Of a stretch of 64,000 nucleotides of DNA, positions 38,538 to 50,115 are shown one piece after another. Location of the stretch: the NCBI GenBank assembly GCA_002348365.1, contig DEBC01000089.1, forward strand, positions 7,794 to 71,793, read 5' to 3'. The DNA comes from Alphaproteobacteria bacterium UBA2966. Lineage in GTDB: Bacteria > Pseudomonadota > Alphaproteobacteria > UBA2966. The notes beneath the pieces were generated by a model. The model was not told the DNA's origin and searched no databases. It worked only from the letters and a program-made list of their open reading frames with translations. Both the position numbers and the translations under genes were made by a program. Numbering within the stretch: position 1 is the stretch's first letter; the number at the start of each line of letters is the position of its first letter.

Positions 38538-39829
38538 GCGACACCTCGCGTGCGGCTGACGTTGCGGTCGTCAAACCAGGATGGCATCTCCTCGAGCGCC
38601 AGCATCTCCTCGTTCGTTTGATGCCGGCGGACAATCTCGAAGATGTCTCCGTTGACCAGTACTTCGGCCGCGAGCGGGCGGCTGTTGTAGTTGGACGACA
38701 TGACGGCACCGTAGGCACCAGCGGTCCGGATCACCAGTAAATCATCCGTGACGAGAGGCGGCATGGGCCGTCCATGCGCAAAAACATCGCCGGACTCGCA
38801 GATTGGGCCAACGATGTCCGTAGGGTGAAAATCCGTGTCAGCCGCGGACTCGCGGACGGGGACGATTGCGTGGTGCGCGTCGTAGAGACTGGGCCGCAAC
38901 AGGTCGTTCATGGCGGCGTCCAACACGGTGAATGTATGGCCGGCCGATTCCTTGATATAGAGCACGCGGCTTACCAGAACCCCGGCATTGCCAACGATGA
39001 CACGGCCCGGTTCGAACACCAACTCACAATCGACGGCCGCTGTGACGCGTTTGACCATTTCCGCATATTCGGAAGGTGTGGGTGGAGTCTCTCCCTCGTA
39101 TGGGATTCCCAGTCCGCCACCGAGATCCAACCGGCGAATATCGTGTCCGTCATGGCGCAGTTGGTCCACGATGCCGACGATCTTGGTGAAGGCGGCATCG
39201 AAGGGCGCCAGGCTCGTAATTTGGGATCCGATATGCGCGGCCACGCCGACGACCTCAATGCCCGGAAGCACTTTGGCGCGTGCGTAGTCTTCTCGGGCGG
39301 CGGGCCAGGGAATTCCGAATTTGTCCTGATGTCGACCTGTTGAGATTTTCTCGTGTGTGTCCGCGTCGACGTCAGGATTCACCCGCACCGCAATTTGAGC
39401 GGTCAGTCCCTTTGAGGCCGCTATATCAGACAGGAGGTCAAGTTCCGCACTCGACTCGACGTTGAATTGTCCAATGTTCTTGTCGAGGGCGTGCGAGAGT
39501 TCTTCGCGGCTCTTCCCAACTCCCGAGAAGACGATTTGTGCTGGCGCGACCCCCGCGGCGAGCGCGCGCTCGAGTTCACCCGCCGAAACCACGTCGGCGC
39601 CCGCGCCCATTTCAGCCAGTGTCCGGATGACGGCAAGATTGGCATTGGCTTTGACGGCGTAACAGAACGCAGCGTCGACGCCCGAAAATGCTCCGGTGAA
39701 GACCCGGTAGTGATGTTGCAGCGTCGCCGTCGAATAGCAGAAGAACGGGGTCCCGATTTCAGCCGCAATACGGCTGAGAGGGACATCTTCTGCGTACAGT
39801 TCGCCGTTACGATATGCGAAGTGATCCAT
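38534..39829 (-). CDS. lysA: Diaminopimelate decarboxylase
   Basis: YAVKAN, HIGSQ, EPGR, GPICESGD. Confidence 0.93.
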   Translation of the reverse strand: MDHFAYRNGELYAEDVPLSRIAAEIGTPFFCYSTATLQHHYRVFTGAFSGVDAAFCYAVKANANLAVIRTLAEMGAGADVVSAGELERALAAGVAPAQIVFSGVGKSREELSHALDKNIGQFNVESSAELDLLSDIAASKGLTAQIAVRVNPDVDADTHEKISTGRHQDKFGIPWPAAREDYARAKVLPGIEVVGVAAHIGSQITSLAPFDAAFTKIVGIVDQLRHDGHDIRRLDLGGGLGIPYEGETPPTPSEYAEMVKRVTAAVDCELVFEPGRVIVGNAGVLVSRVLYIKESAGHTFTVLDAAMNDLLRPSLYDAHHAIVPVRESAADTDFHPTDIVGPICESGDVFAHGRPMPPLVTDDLLVIRTAGAYGAVMSSNYNSRPLAAEVLVNGDIFEIVRRHQTNEEMLALEEMPSWFDDRNVSRTRGVA

Positions 39830-39912
39830 GATGAATCCGGTTCAATCGCTCTTGCCTGCCCATCCTGCGCAGCATGGGCAAAGACCCGGCAAGAGGCAAG
39901 AAATGGCTTGGT

Positions 39913-40053
39913 TCAGCGCCGTTTGGTTTCTTCCTTTTTGAGTGGCGGTTCGAGCGGGCCCTTTTTCCCGCATGCCGAAAGCGCACTGGCCAAGCCGATC
40001 GAAATGACCAGGGCCATGATGACTGGCAGGATTCGACCGGTGCAGAAGGTCAT
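39913..40053 (-). CDS. Small lipoprotein LptM/LppL family (46 aa, below ORF-track cutoff)
   Basis: [37 protein letters not shown]: lipobox LSAC plus GKKGPL; between argH and lysA. Confidence 0.82.
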   Translation of the reverse strand: MTFCTGRILPVIMALVISIGLASALSACGKKGPLEPPLKKEETKRR

Positions 40054-41474
40054 GATTCTGCCAATCGCTGCCGGGCTTCGCTGATGGCTTCCCGGACGCG
40101 TGCAGGAGATGTGCCGCCCAGACTCGTCCGGCTTTCAATGGACTGACGGACACTGAGAACGTCGAGCACGGCTGATGTGATTCTCGGTTCGATCTTCTGC
40201 ATGTCACCGAGCGGCACGTCTTCGAGTGCCAGATTTCCCGACTCGGCAATCCGAACAATCTGGGCGGTTACCTGATGTGCCTGTCGGAAAGGCAGGGCCA
40301 GTTCCTTGACCAGCCAATCCGCGAGATCGGTGGCTGTGGCGTAACCCTGTCCGGCTGCTTCCTCCATGGGCTCTGTATTCACAGTCATCTCGGCAATCAT
40401 CGCGGTTACAGCGGCGATACAGAGCGAAATCGAGTCGACGGCATCGAAGGTCGGTTCCTTGTCTTCCTGCATGTCTTTTGAATAGGTCATGGGCAGACCC
40501 TTCATCAGGATGAGGAGAGCGTTCACGGCACCAACGATTCGTCCGACCTTCCCACGTACCAGCTCAGCCGCATCCGGGTTCTTTTTCTGCGGCATCATCG
40601 ACGAGCCCGTTGCCAGCGTGTCCGGCAACGTGATGAACCCGAATTGGGACGTTGACCAAATCACGATCTCTTCTGCCAGCCGCGACAGGTGTACTGCACA
40701 CAGCGAGAGTGAGGCCAGGAACTCGACGGCAAAATCCCTGTCCGCCACTGCGTCCATTGAGTTTCGGCTGGGTCCATCGAAACCGAGTGCGTCGGCGGTT
40801 GCGTTCCGATCTATGGGGATCGAAGTGCCCGCAAGCGCACCTGCGCCCAGTGGACTGAGGTTCAGACGCTTGCGGCAATCGGAGAGACGCGAGCGGTCCC
40901 TCTCGAACATCTCGAAATAGGCCATTAGGTGATGGCCGAGCGTCACGGGCTGGGCACTTTGCAGGTGCGTGAATCCGGGCATCACCGTGGCTGCGTGCTC
41001 TTCGGCTCGCATCAGCAACACTTCTTGGAGTGCCTTCAATACATCCCGTGTGTCATCAACGGCATCGCGCACCCACAAGCGGAAGTCGGTCGCGACCTGG
41101 TCGTTGCGTGACCGGGCGGTATGGAGCCGGCCTCCGGCCTCACCCACAATTTCGGTAAGCCGGGCCTCGACGTGCATATGGATGTCTTCCAGGGCTGGCG
41201 TGAAGGCGAACTCACCTCTGGCGATTTCGTCTTCAATCTGGTCGAGGCCCTTCAAAATCTTGTGACCGTCGTCCTCTGGAATTATCTCTTGTGCGATCAA
41301 CATGTTACAGTGCGCCCGCGACGCTGCGATGTCGTGAGCGTAGAGACGCCGATCGAAGTCGATGGAAGCGTTGATCCGCTCCATGACCGCGTGAGGCTCG
41401 CTGCTGAACCGGTCGCGCAGCAACCCTGGGGAGGTCTGTTGTCCCCCTGACCGGTCAGTCGCATCATCGTTCAT
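40050..41474 (-). CDS. argH: Argininosuccinate lyase
   Basis: [29 protein letters not shown]. Confidence 0.95.
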   Translation of the reverse strand: MNDDATDRSGGQQTSPGLLRDRFSSEPHAVMERINASIDFDRRLYAHDIAASRAHCNMLIAQEIIPEDDGHKILKGLDQIEDEIARGEFAFTPALEDIHMHVEARLTEIVGEAGGRLHTARSRNDQVATDFRLWVRDAVDDTRDVLKALQEVLLMRAEEHAATVMPGFTHLQSAQPVTLGHHLMAYFEMFERDRSRLSDCRKRLNLSPLGAGALAGTSIPIDRNATADALGFDGPSRNSMDAVADRDFAVEFLASLSLCAVHLSRLAEEIVIWSTSQFGFITLPDTLATGSSMMPQKKNPDAAELVRGKVGRIVGAVNALLILMKGLPMTYSKDMQEDKEPTFDAVDSISLCIAAVTAMIAEMTVNTEPMEEAAGQGYATATDLADWLVKELALPFRQAHQVTAQIVRIAESGNLALEDVPLGDMQKIEPRITSAVLDVLSVRQSIESRTSLGGTSPARVREAISEARQRLAES

Positions 41475-41506
41475 TGGATTACCTCAGCCACACACATCGC
41501 ACGTAC

Positions 41507-42118
41507 ATGAAGCACGGACATACAATAAGGGGTTCGCTGGCCATGTGGGGAGCAATCCTCGCACTGACCGGATTGCTGGCCATTCACGCCTCGGCACTCG
41601 CTGATCCCGCCCAAAGCGAGCTGTCCGTTGGCCAGATGCAAAACTTCACTTTCTTTGATGCTCCCAAACCGATGCCCGAGGTTTCGTTCATCGATAGCGA
41701 TGGCCGCGAACTCGGATTGGGCGATTTTCGCGGCAAGTTCGTCCTTGTCAATCTCTGGGCGACCTGGTGCGGGCCCTGTCGTCGTGAGATGCCGTCCCTC
41801 GACCGACTGCAAGCTCGACTCTCGGGAAGCGATTTCACGGTACTCGCGCTCTCCCAGGATCGCAAAGGCGTCGCCATCGTCGAGAAATTCCTGGCTCAGA
41901 TCGGTACCTGGAATCTCGCCATCTATGTCGATTCGTCGGCTCGGTCAGCTCGTCGCCTGGGGGCGATCGGGCTGCCCACCACCGTGCTTCTCGATCGGCA
42001 GGGCCAAATTATCGGCCGCCTCATCGGGTCTGCTGAATGGGATTCCGATGAAGCAGCGCGCCTGATCAAGTCGGTCATCCAGGACTCAGAGCGCCAGTCG
42101 GCCCACGCCCGGCGCTGA
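41507..42118 (+). CDS. TlpA-family thiol:disulfide reductase
   Basis: NLWATWCGPCRREMP, GLPTT; start uncertain. Confidence 0.85.
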   Translation: MKHGHTIRGSLAMWGAILALTGLLAIHASALADPAQSELSVGQMQNFTFFDAPKPMPEVSFIDSDGRELGLGDFRGKFVLVNLWATWCGPCRREMPSLDRLQARLSGSDFTVLALSQDRKGVAIVEKFLAQIGTWNLAIYVDSSARSARRLGAIGLPTTVLLDRQGQIIGRLIGSAEWDSDEAARLIKSVIQDSERQSAHARR

Positions 42119-42126
42119 CACCCGCC

Positions 42127-43023
42127 TTATCGGGTGGGCGTTGGCGGCTCTGTGGAGTAATCGTAGAACCCGCGTCCCGATTTGCGTCCGACCCAACCGG
42201 CGTCAACATATTTCACCATCAGGGGACACGGTCGGTATTTCGAGTCAGCGAGGCCGTCGTAAAGCACCTGCATCACGGCGAGGCAGGTATCGAGACCGAT
42301 GAAGTCGGCCAGTTGCAGTGGCCCCATCGGGTGGTGGGCGCCCAGGCGCATCGCCGTGTCGATGGCTTCGACGTTGCCCACGCCCTCGTACAGTGTGTAG
42401 ACGGCCTCGTTGATCATCGGCAGCAGGATTCGGTTGACGATGAAGGCCGGAAAATCCTCTGCACTGGCCGGGGATTTTCCCAGATTTCGTGCGACTTCGG
42501 TCACGCAGGCGTACGTATCCTGGCCCGTGGCGATGCCCCGGATGACCTCGACCAGTTCCATCATGGGAACCGGGTTCATGAAATGCATGCCAACGAATTT
42601 CTCAGGCCGGTCCGTGGCCGCCGCCAGTCGTGTAATCGAAATGGATGATGTGTTGCTGGCGATGAGGGCTTCGGGCTTCAGCAAGGGGCAGAGAGCCGTG
42701 TAAATCTCGAGCTTGATCTGCTCATTCTCAACGGCACTCTCGATGACCAGATCGGCTGTCCCGAGTGCGGCCATGTCGGTCGTAGCCGTGATGCGGCCCA
42801 ACGCATCCGCCGACTCGCTTTCGCCGATGGTCCCTCGCGAGACCTGACGTGCCATATTCTTCTCGATCGTGGATACGGCCTTGTCGAGCTGTTCCTGGCT
42901 GATGTCGTTCAGGATGACTTCGTAGCCAGCCAGCGCGCTGACGTGCGTGATGCCATTACCCATTTGACCGGCGCCGATCACACCGACCTGCTTGATGTCG
43001 GCTGCTGTTATCTCAGTTGCCAA
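42127..43023 (-). CDS. 3-hydroxybutyryl-CoA dehydrogenase
   Basis: GAGQMG, SNTSS, GMHFMNP, HPMGPL; TTG start assumed. Confidence 0.9.
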   Translation of the reverse strand: MATEITAADIKQVGVIGAGQMGNGITHVSALAGYEVILNDISQEQLDKAVSTIEKNMARQVSRGTIGESESADALGRITATTDMAALGTADLVIESAVENEQIKLEIYTALCPLLKPEALIASNTSSISITRLAAATDRPEKFVGMHFMNPVPMMELVEVIRGIATGQDTYACVTEVARNLGKSPASAEDFPAFIVNRILLPMINEAVYTLYEGVGNVEAIDTAMRLGAHHPMGPLQLADFIGLDTCLAVMQVLYDGLADSKYRPCPLMVKYVDAGWVGRKSGRGFYDYSTEPPTPTR

Positions 43024-43957
43024 TCTTCTGGAGCTCCTTTTCGAGTTCGGGCAATGCGTCGAACAGGTCTGCCACGAGGCCGAAGTCGGCAACCTGGAAG
43101 ATCGGTGCCTCTTCATCCTTGTTGATCGCCACGATGACCTTGCTGTCCTTCATGCCTGCAAGATGCTGGATGGCGCCGGAAATTCCCACCGCAACATAAA
43201 GCTCCGGCGCCACGATCTTTCCGGTTTGACCGACTTGATAGTCGTTCGGGACGAATCCCGCATCAACGGCCGCCCGTGACGCGCCCACGGCTGCACCCAG
43301 CTTGTCGGCGACGTTTTCGATCAGATAGAAGTTATCACCACTTTGCATGCCGCGACCGCCCGAGACGACCACGCGGGCTGATGTGAGTTCGGGGCGTTCG
43401 TTCTTGCTGACTTCACTGCCGATGAACGTCGAAATGCCCGGATTCTCAGCGGCGGAAGCCTCTTCCACCGATCCGGAACCACCAGAAGTCTCGGCGGTGG
43501 CGAACGCCGTTGTGCGAACCGTGATGAACTTGGTGTCATCGTCGCTTTGCACTGTTGCCAGGGCGTTGCCCGCATAGATGGGGCGAACGAACGTATCGGC
43601 GGACACGACTTCCTGGATATCCGAGATTTGAGCCATGTCAGCCAACGCGGCGGCGCGCGGCATGAAGTCCTTACCGAACGTATCCGCTGGCGCCAGGATC
43701 GCGTCGTAGTCGCCGGCCAAAGAGACGAGCAAGGGCGCCATATTCTCGGCAAGATGATGCTCATAGGCCGGATCATCGACGATCAGAGCCTTGGCCACGC
43801 CGGCCACCGCCGCGGCGGCATCGGCGACGGCACGGCAATTCGATCCCGCAACCAGAACATGGACATCGCCGCCGATCTCTGCGGCAGCCGTCACGGTGTT
43901 GAGGGTTGGGTCCTTGAGCTCGACATTATCGTGCTCCGCAATGACGAGGACTGCCAT
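43013..43957 (-). CDS. etfA: Electron transfer flavoprotein alpha subunit
   Basis: [15 protein letters not shown]. Confidence 0.95.
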   Translation of the reverse strand: MAVLVIAEHDNVELKDPTLNTVTAAAEIGGDVHVLVAGSNCRAVADAAAAVAGVAKALIVDDPAYEHHLAENMAPLLVSLAGDYDAILAPADTFGKDFMPRAAALADMAQISDIQEVVSADTFVRPIYAGNALATVQSDDDTKFITVRTTAFATAETSGGSGSVEEASAAENPGISTFIGSEVSKNERPELTSARVVVSGGRGMQSGDNFYLIENVADKLGAAVGASRAAVDAGFVPNDYQVGQTGKIVAPELYVAVGISGAIQHLAGMKDSKVIVAINKDEEAPIFQVADFGLVADLFDALPELEKELQKIGN

Positions 43958-44706
43958 TAGATTACTCCCGCATCGTTGTGGAGCTTGTCGACAAGCTCGG
44001 CTACGGACTCGACTTTGATGCCCGCCTCGCGCCCCGGAGGTTCGGTGACCGTCAGGGTCTTCAAGCGGGGAGCGATATCTACGCCCAGGTCTTCAGGCGT
44101 CTTCTCATCGATCGGCTTCTTCTTCGCCTTCATGATGTTCGGAAGACTGGCGTATCGCGGCTCATTCAGCCGGAGATCGGTGGTCATCACGCAGGGGACC
44201 TGAACGTCGACCGTCTCCAGACCTCCGTCCACTTCGCGCGTGATCCGCGCATTGCCGTCGCCGATGTCCAGTTCCGACGCGAAGGTCGCTTGGGGCCATC
44301 CGAGCAGCGCCGCGACCATCTGACCCGTCTGGTTGGAGTCATCGTCGATTGCCTGCTTGCCAAGGATGACGAGCCCCGGCTGCTCCGCCTCGATGACCGC
44401 CTTCAACAGCTTGGCCACGGCCAGAGGCTGGAGTTCGTCGTCCGTCTTGACGTGGATGCCGCGGTCCGCGCCCATGGCCAGGGCTGTTCGTATGGTCTCC
44501 TGACACTGCTGGGGTCCGAGGCTGACGGCGACAACTTCCTCCGCCTTGCCGGCTTCGTGAAGCCTGATGGCCTCTTCCACACCGATTTCATCAAAGGGAT
44601 TCATCGACATCTTGACGTTCGCCGTCTCAACGCCGCTTTGATCGGCCTTCACGCGGACCTTGACGTTGTAGTCAATCACGCGCTTTACCGCGACGAGTAC
44701 TTTCAT
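43957..44706 (-). CDS. etfB: Electron transfer flavoprotein beta subunit
   Basis: [19 protein letters not shown]. Confidence 0.95.
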   Translation of the reverse strand: MKVLVAVKRVIDYNVKVRVKADQSGVETANVKMSMNPFDEIGVEEAIRLHEAGKAEEVVAVSLGPQQCQETIRTALAMGADRGIHVKTDDELQPLAVAKLLKAVIEAEQPGLVILGKQAIDDDSNQTGQMVAALLGWPQATFASELDIGDGNARITREVDGGLETVDVQVPCVMTTDLRLNEPRYASLPNIMKAKKKPIDEKTPEDLGVDIAPRLKTLTVTEPPGREAGIKVESVAELVDKLHNDAGVI

Positions 44707-44952
44707 GTCTTGCTTGCTCCGGAACGATGGGGCCAGTGGGCAGCGGATTTACGTAGAGCCGAGCCCAAAAAAGCCGCAAAACCGGGAGAAATCCCCCGGT
44801 TTTCGCGGCGCAGAATATGTCCGCCCAAGAGTGGAGTCAACGCGCGTCACTACGTACCGCTCGTGAGACGAATTTCATCCCCGTGGTCGCGTCCGTCGGG
44901 CATCATTGGGTACAAGAGCGCAGAACCAAAAAAGCCGAGGGGAATTGTCAGC

Positions 44953-45744
44953 ATGGAGCGTGGAACGGCGTTGGTCACCGGCGCATCGGCCGGGATCGGA
45001 GAGGCGTTTGCCAATCTCCTGGCTGCTGAGGGCTTCGATCTGATCCTGACGGCACGACGGGCGGAGCGATTGCGTGTGCTATCGGCTTCTTTGACGGAAC
45101 GACACGGAGTGAAGGTGAGCGGGATTCCCGCGGACCTTGCCGACCCGGCCGGACCACAACGTCTTTACGACGAACTGAACGAGGCCGGCCAAACGATCGA
45201 CCTTCTGGTCAACAATGCGGGATTCGGCGGGGTCGGCCGTTTCGAGGCACTTGATCAGGTCCGACAGCGCGAAATGATCGACGTCAATGTCAGCGCTCTG
45301 ACCCGATTGGCGGGATTGATGCTGCCCGGCATGAAGGCCCGCGCGCGTGGCGGGATCATCAACGTCGCCTCCACCGCCGCCTTTCAGGCGGGACCGTTCA
45401 TGGCGGTTTACTACGCCAGCAAGGCCTATGTGCTGTCGTTCTCCGAGGCGTTGTCCGAGGAATGTCGTGGTACGGGCGTCACCGTGTCGTGCCTTTGTCC
45501 CGGCGTCACCGCCACGGAGTTCTTCGAGACAGCAGGGTTCGGGGACCTGCCGCTATATCGTCTCGGCATGATGGATGCGGCGCGGGTGGCCCGCCTGGGA
45601 TATGACGGCTGGCGCTCGGGGCGCGCCATCGTCCTGCCGGGATTGCGCAATCAGGTGCTCGTGTGGGGGTCGAGGGTGTTGCCGCGCCCGGTGACACGAC
45701 GCGCCATTCGTTTTTTGCAGGAGAAATCGGGCGCTGTGACATGA
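44953..45744 (+). CDS. SDR family oxidoreductase
   Basis: TGASAGIG, NNAG, YYASK; ATG at 44953 inside ORF 43978..45744. Confidence 0.88.
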   Translation: MERGTALVTGASAGIGEAFANLLAAEGFDLILTARRAERLRVLSASLTERHGVKVSGIPADLADPAGPQRLYDELNEAGQTIDLLVNNAGFGGVGRFEALDQVRQREMIDVNVSALTRLAGLMLPGMKARARGGIINVASTAAFQAGPFMAVYYASKAYVLSFSEALSEECRGTGVTVSCLCPGVTATEFFETAGFGDLPLYRLGMMDAARVARLGYDGWRSGRAIVLPGLRNQVLVWGSRVLPRPVTRRAIRFLQEKSGAVT

Positions 45745-46612
45745 TTCAGTGCGTCACCTACAACACCCAGTGGTGCACGGGACTGGATGGTGTGACCGAC
45801 GTTCAGCGCATCGTTGACGCCGTGCGGGACGCAGATGTGATCCGCCTGTAGGAGGTCGACAGGTGCTGGCGCAGGAGCGGCGACGTGGACCAGGTCCGGG
45901 AGCTGACCAACTGTCTCCCGGGCCGCTATTGGGCCTATGGGGCCGGTGTCGACCTCGACGCAAGCTTTCGCGATACAGACGGACACTTGATCAATCGTCG
46001 ACGGCAATTTGGAAACATGGTGCTGGCGCGGTGGCCGCTGTTGATGTCACGGAACCATCTCCTGCCAAAACTGCACCTCGGCAACGCGCTCAGTCTTCAG
46101 CGCTCCGCGCTTGAAACCATTGTCGACATTCCCGGTGGTCCCTGCCGGATCGTTTCGGTGCATTTGGCGCACGCGTCGGACACAGAACTGGAAACGCAGA
46201 TTGCACGCCTCAGAGAGATTGCCAATACAGTTATTTTCGACGGTGGTGCCTGGTCGGGTGTGGACCTCCCAGAGCCATGGACCCTGGATGGGGGTCCAGC
46301 TCCCGAGCCATAAGAGCGATCCTCATGGGCGACTTCAACATGACTCCGGAGTCGGAGGGCTATCGGACCATTTGCCCTGGGGGTGTACCCGGCGCGACGA
46401 ATTCCGGTGGTGATGGAGGATTGGTTGATGGCTGGCTGGCGGGTGGCGGACATCCCGAAGACGGCCCAACGTGCGTTGATGAAGGTGTTCCTGTCCGCAT
46501 CGACTACATTTTCGTCAACGAGAGGTTGGAAAACTCTGTCAAACAGGTCTGGGTCGACTCGGAGGCGGCCGGCTCCGACCATCAGCCGCTATGGGCTGCG
46601 ATCGATCTCTAA
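45741..46612 (+). pseudogene. Endonuclease/exonuclease/phosphatase family, with nonsense and frameshift lesions
   Basis: TYN..ADVIRL*EVD (TAG 45849-45851 where the LQEV Gln is expected), one-base loss near 46310, then MGDFN, RIDYIF, SDHQP. Confidence 0.8.
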
Positions 46613-47175
46613 CGATTCGCGCCCGGGCGCCAAAGGACATCGCTCTGGCCTTGATCATTGAGATGGCGTGCCATGACGAAGAGATGGTCCGACAACCGAT
46701 TGATGAACTTGATGGCGAGCGGGTTCACCGGCTCTGAATCCGAGAGTTCCACCATCAACCGTTCGGCCCGGCGGCTCACCGTCCGGGCAAGGTGCAGGTA
46801 CGCGGATGCTGCCGAGCCACCAGGCAGGATGAATGAGGTAAGCGGCGCCAGGTCGTCATTCATGGCGTCGATTTCCGATTCCAGCCGGTCGATCTGCGCC
46901 TGCGTCATTCGCAACGCGGATTCGCTTTCGGAGAAATCATCGCCCGGCGTGCAGAGATCGGCGCCCAGGTCAAAAAGATCATCCTGGATCCGGGCCAGCA
47001 TCTCATCCGCGTCGCCGCTTGTATGAAGTCGGGCCAGGCCAATAGCGGCATTCGCCTCGTCTGTGGTGCCATAGGCAGCAACCCGGACAGCATTCTTGGC
47101 GAGACGCGTGCCATCGCCCAGCGAGGTCTGTCCGCCGTCACCGCCGCGGGTATAGATCTTGGTCAGCTTTACCAC
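46609..47175 (-). CDS. PduO-type cob(I)alamin adenosyltransferase
   Basis: KIYTRGGDGGQT, FILPGG, RRAER, NRLSD. Confidence 0.92.
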   Translation of the reverse strand: MVKLTKIYTRGGDGGQTSLGDGTRLAKNAVRVAAYGTTDEANAAIGLARLHTSGDADEMLARIQDDLFDLGADLCTPGDDFSESESALRMTQAQIDRLESEIDAMNDDLAPLTSFILPGGSAASAYLHLARTVSRRAERLMVELSDSEPVNPLAIKFINRLSDHLFVMARHLNDQGQSDVLWRPGANR

Positions 47176-47204
47176 TGGGTCTTCACCTCCTGCTTGACGG
47201 TCCC

Positions 47205-47408
47205 CTACAGGAACAAGTCGTCATAGAAGAACCACAATGCCAGCAATGCGACCGTCGTGGCCTGGGAGATGATGCGTCCCCGCATCAGCAGGTTCCCGTA
47301 TTTCCTATTGAACTCGCCGCCCTTGAACATGCTCACCATGCCGGCCCCCATGACGATGAGGGTCGCGGCCAGGCCGATGATAACGAGGACACCGAGGATC
47401 GTTTTCAT
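47205..47408 (-). CDS. HIG1-like twin transmembrane small protein
   Basis: Two TM helices, NLLMRGRI motif; usual position upstream of pduO. Confidence 0.8.
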   Translation of the reverse strand: MKTILGVLVIIGLAATLIVMGAGMVSMFKGGEFNRKYGNLLMRGRIISQATTVALLALWFFYDDLFL

Positions 47409-47426
47409 GACGGTTGACCCAGCGGC

Positions 47427-49124
47427 TCAGTTCCGGCTTCCGAGCAGGCGCCGGGCAATCACCTGTGCTTGAATCTCGGCCGCGCCTTCGAAGATGTTGA
47501 GGATGCGCGCATCGCACATGATGCGGCTGATGGGGAACTCCTCGGCATAACCGTTGCCACCGTGAATCTGAACCGCATTGTCGGCGGCGGACCAGGCAAC
47601 CCGGGCCGCCAGTAGTTTTGCCATCCCAGCTTCCAGGTCGCATCGCCGATCCGCATCCTTCTCACGTGCCGCGAAGTAGGTGAGCTGGCGCGCCGCCATG
47701 ATCTCAGCAGCGGCCCACGCGAGCTTTCCGTGCACGCGCGGAAAGGCGAAGATCTGCTTGCCGAACTGCTGGCGCTCGCAGGCATAGCGAAGACCCGTCT
47801 CCAGGGCGCTTTGTGCGACGCCGATGGCGCGAGCGGCTGTCTGGATCCGGGCCGATTCGAACGTTGCCATCAATTGCTTGAAGCCATTTCCCTCCTCTTC
47901 GCCGAGAAGGGAGTCTGCCGGCACTTCGAACCCGTCGAAAGAAATCTCGTATTCCTTCATCCCGCGATAGCCGAGTACGCGGATCTCGCCGCCGGACATT
48001 CCGGGGGCGGGGAAGGGGTCGGCGTCGGTACCCCGCGGCTTTTCGGCGATGAACATCGAAAGTCCGCGATAGCCCGGCTCATCCGGATCCGTGCGTGCGA
48101 GCAGGGTCATCATGTCGCTGCGGGCACCATGGGTGATCCACGTCTTGTTCCCCGTCACGCGATAGATGTTACCGTCCCGGATGGCTCGCGTACGCAGACT
48201 GCCCATGTCCGAACCGACGTTGGGTTCCGTGAATACGGCGGTGGGCAGAATCTCGCCTGACGCGAGTCGGGACAGCCAGCGTTCCTTTTGTGCATCCGTG
48301 CCGTGAATGCGGACGAGTTCTGCGGCGATCTCCGACCGGGTCCCGAGCGAACCGACACCGATATAGCCCCGGCTGAGTTCCTCTGAGACCACGCACATGG
48401 CTGTTTTTCCGAGCGCGAGACCACCGAAATTCTCGGGAATGGTCAGACCGAACACACCCAGTTCCGACATCTCATCGATGATCTCGATCGGGATGAGCAC
48501 ATCCTTGACATGCCAGTCGTGCGCGACTGGCAGGACCTTCTCGTCCGAGAACCGGCGAAACTGGTCGCGGATCATGCCCAGCGTCTCGTCCAGGCCCAGG
48601 TTGCCGAAATCTCCAGTGTCCGGCGACTCGGCGATAAGCTCGCCCAGCTGCGCCCGGGCCGAGGCCGAGTTGCCCCGCCCGATCATTACCCCAGCGGTGG
48701 ATCGGCGCAGGGTCTCGACGGCACCCTCATCGATTCCGAGATCGGAAGGGCGTGCAACTTCGCCCTGGCTCATGGCGATACCACCGGCCAGCTGGGCGAG
48801 GTATTCGCCGAAGACGATCTGTACCTGCAGGGCCTCCCGTTCGCCGAGCCGGCCTTCCCCGTCCAAGCGCTCTGCCCAGCCCAGGGTCTGACGCAGGGCC
48901 TCGACGTACGTCGCCATCCAGGCGTACCCATGGGCCGCGAACTGGTGCTGCTCCAGCGCCGCGCCACTGACCCGCCCTTCGTCGGCCACGAAGTTCGACA
49001 AGGCGTGCTTTGCGTCCGCCACAAAGCGGTCCGCCGCCGCCAGTGAGTCGCGACAAGTCGCAATCAAGTCTGGAAGCAGGGCGTCGCCGCTGGACGGCGT
49101 CTCTGCCACGGCACCAAGCGTCAA
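47427..49124 (-). CDS. mcd: (2S)-methylsuccinyl-CoA dehydrogenase-like acyl-CoA dehydrogenase
   Basis: ACAD motifs plus N-terminal extension ALEQHQFAAHGYAWMATYVEALRQ; SRGYIGVGSLGTRSE. Confidence 0.8.
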   Translation of the reverse strand: MTLGAVAETPSSGDALLPDLIATCRDSLAAADRFVADAKHALSNFVADEGRVSGAALEQHQFAAHGYAWMATYVEALRQTLGWAERLDGEGRLGEREALQVQIVFGEYLAQLAGGIAMSQGEVARPSDLGIDEGAVETLRRSTAGVMIGRGNSASARAQLGELIAESPDTGDFGNLGLDETLGMIRDQFRRFSDEKVLPVAHDWHVKDVLIPIEIIDEMSELGVFGLTIPENFGGLALGKTAMCVVSEELSRGYIGVGSLGTRSEIAAELVRIHGTDAQKERWLSRLASGEILPTAVFTEPNVGSDMGSLRTRAIRDGNIYRVTGNKTWITHGARSDMMTLLARTDPDEPGYRGLSMFIAEKPRGTDADPFPAPGMSGGEIRVLGYRGMKEYEISFDGFEVPADSLLGEEEGNGFKQLMATFESARIQTAARAIGVAQSALETGLRYACERQQFGKQIFAFPRVHGKLAWAAAEIMAARQLTYFAAREKDADRRCDLEAGMAKLLAARVAWSAADNAVQIHGGNGYAEEFPISRIMCDARILNIFEGAAEIQAQVIARRLLGSRN

Positions 49125-49251
49125 GTCGGTCCTCCACCTGAGTATTTTCGATCTGAACGCCTGGCCTGGCGTCCAGCGGCAGTCTGATTGCCACTCTGCG
49201 AAAATGATACCGGCCCGGGCGCGGCTCCGCCATGCCAGTTCTGTGCGTTGC

Positions 49252-50115
49252 TCATTTTACGGGGATCCCCACTGCGCGCCGGACATCCTCGGGAGTCATA
49301 CCCTGATCCCGGAGCGTCCGCAGGCTCTTCGCCTTATCCCGGGTTGCGAGGCGTTGGCCCGCCTCGTCCGCGATCAATCGATGGTGGTGATATCGCGGCG
49401 GCGGCAGTTGCAGCAGTTCCTGCAAGAGCCGGTGGATGTGGGTTGCCGGCTTCAGGTCCAGCCCCCGCGTCACGAGTGTGATTCCCTGGAGCGCATCATC
49501 GACCGTTACGGCCAGGTGATAACTCGTCGGGATGTCTTTTCGAGCAATGACGACATCGCCGTGCAGTGAGGCGTTGACGGGCTGCGCATCCGAGTCGGCT
49601 TCGTTCCAGAAGATGTGTCCGGCCTGTTCACCCAGCGTCAGTAGTGCTTTTTCCACATTGAGACGCAACGCGAACGACGCACCTTCCACCTGACGTCTCG
49701 CACGCTCGCTTTCTCCCAGGTTCTTGCAGATGCCCGGATAGAGCGGGCCATCGGGTCCCTGTGGGGCGCTTGGGCTGCGTGCGATCTCAGACCGGATTTC
49801 CGCGCGCGTGCAAAAACAGGGATACACGATCTCGAGATCACGAAGACGCTCAAGTGCTTTGCGATAGTCTGCCAGGTGATCGGATTGCCGGCGCACCGGC
49901 GTCTCCCAACTCAGTCCAAGCCATGTGAGGTCTTCAAGGATCGCCTGCTCGAACTCCGGCCGGGCGCGGGAACCGTCGATATCCTCGATACGCAGGAGAA
50001 AGCGGCCTCCGGTCTCGCGGGCCGCTGCTTCCGCAAACAGTGCGGCATAGGCGTGTCCCAGGTGCAGATGCCCGGTCGGACTCGGTGCGAAGCGCGTGAC
50101 AATTTGGTCGGACAT
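49252..50115 (-). CDS. gluQ: Glutamyl-Q tRNA(Asp) synthetase
   Basis: RFAPSPTGHLHLGH, RIEDID, YPCFCTR; short, no anticodon-binding domain. Confidence 0.88.
   Translation of the reverse strand: MSDQIVTRFAPSPTGHLHLGHAYAALFAEAAARETGGRFLLRIEDIDGSRARPEFEQAILEDLTWLGLSWETPVRRQSDHLADYRKALERLRDLEIVYPCFCTRAEIRSEIARSPSAPQGPDGPLYPGICKNLGESERARRQVEGASFALRLNVEKALLTLGEQAGHIFWNEADSDAQPVNASLHGDVVIARKDIPTSYHLAVTVDDALQGITLVTRGLDLKPATHIHRLLQELLQLPPPRYHHHRLIADEAGQRLATRDKAKSLRTLRDQGMTPEDVRRAVGIPVK

Noticed and set aside
43978..44952. 588-aa ORF 43978..45744
   Set aside because: The N-terminal part is the antisense shadow of etfB; only the SDR from 44953 is credible.
3033..45851. Three in-frame TAG codons (3033, 11638, 45849) suggesting amber recoding or pyrrolysine
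   Set aside because: Two of the three genes carry further lesions (a TAA, a frameshift), and many intact genes here end in TAG, so nonsense decay is the simpler explanation.
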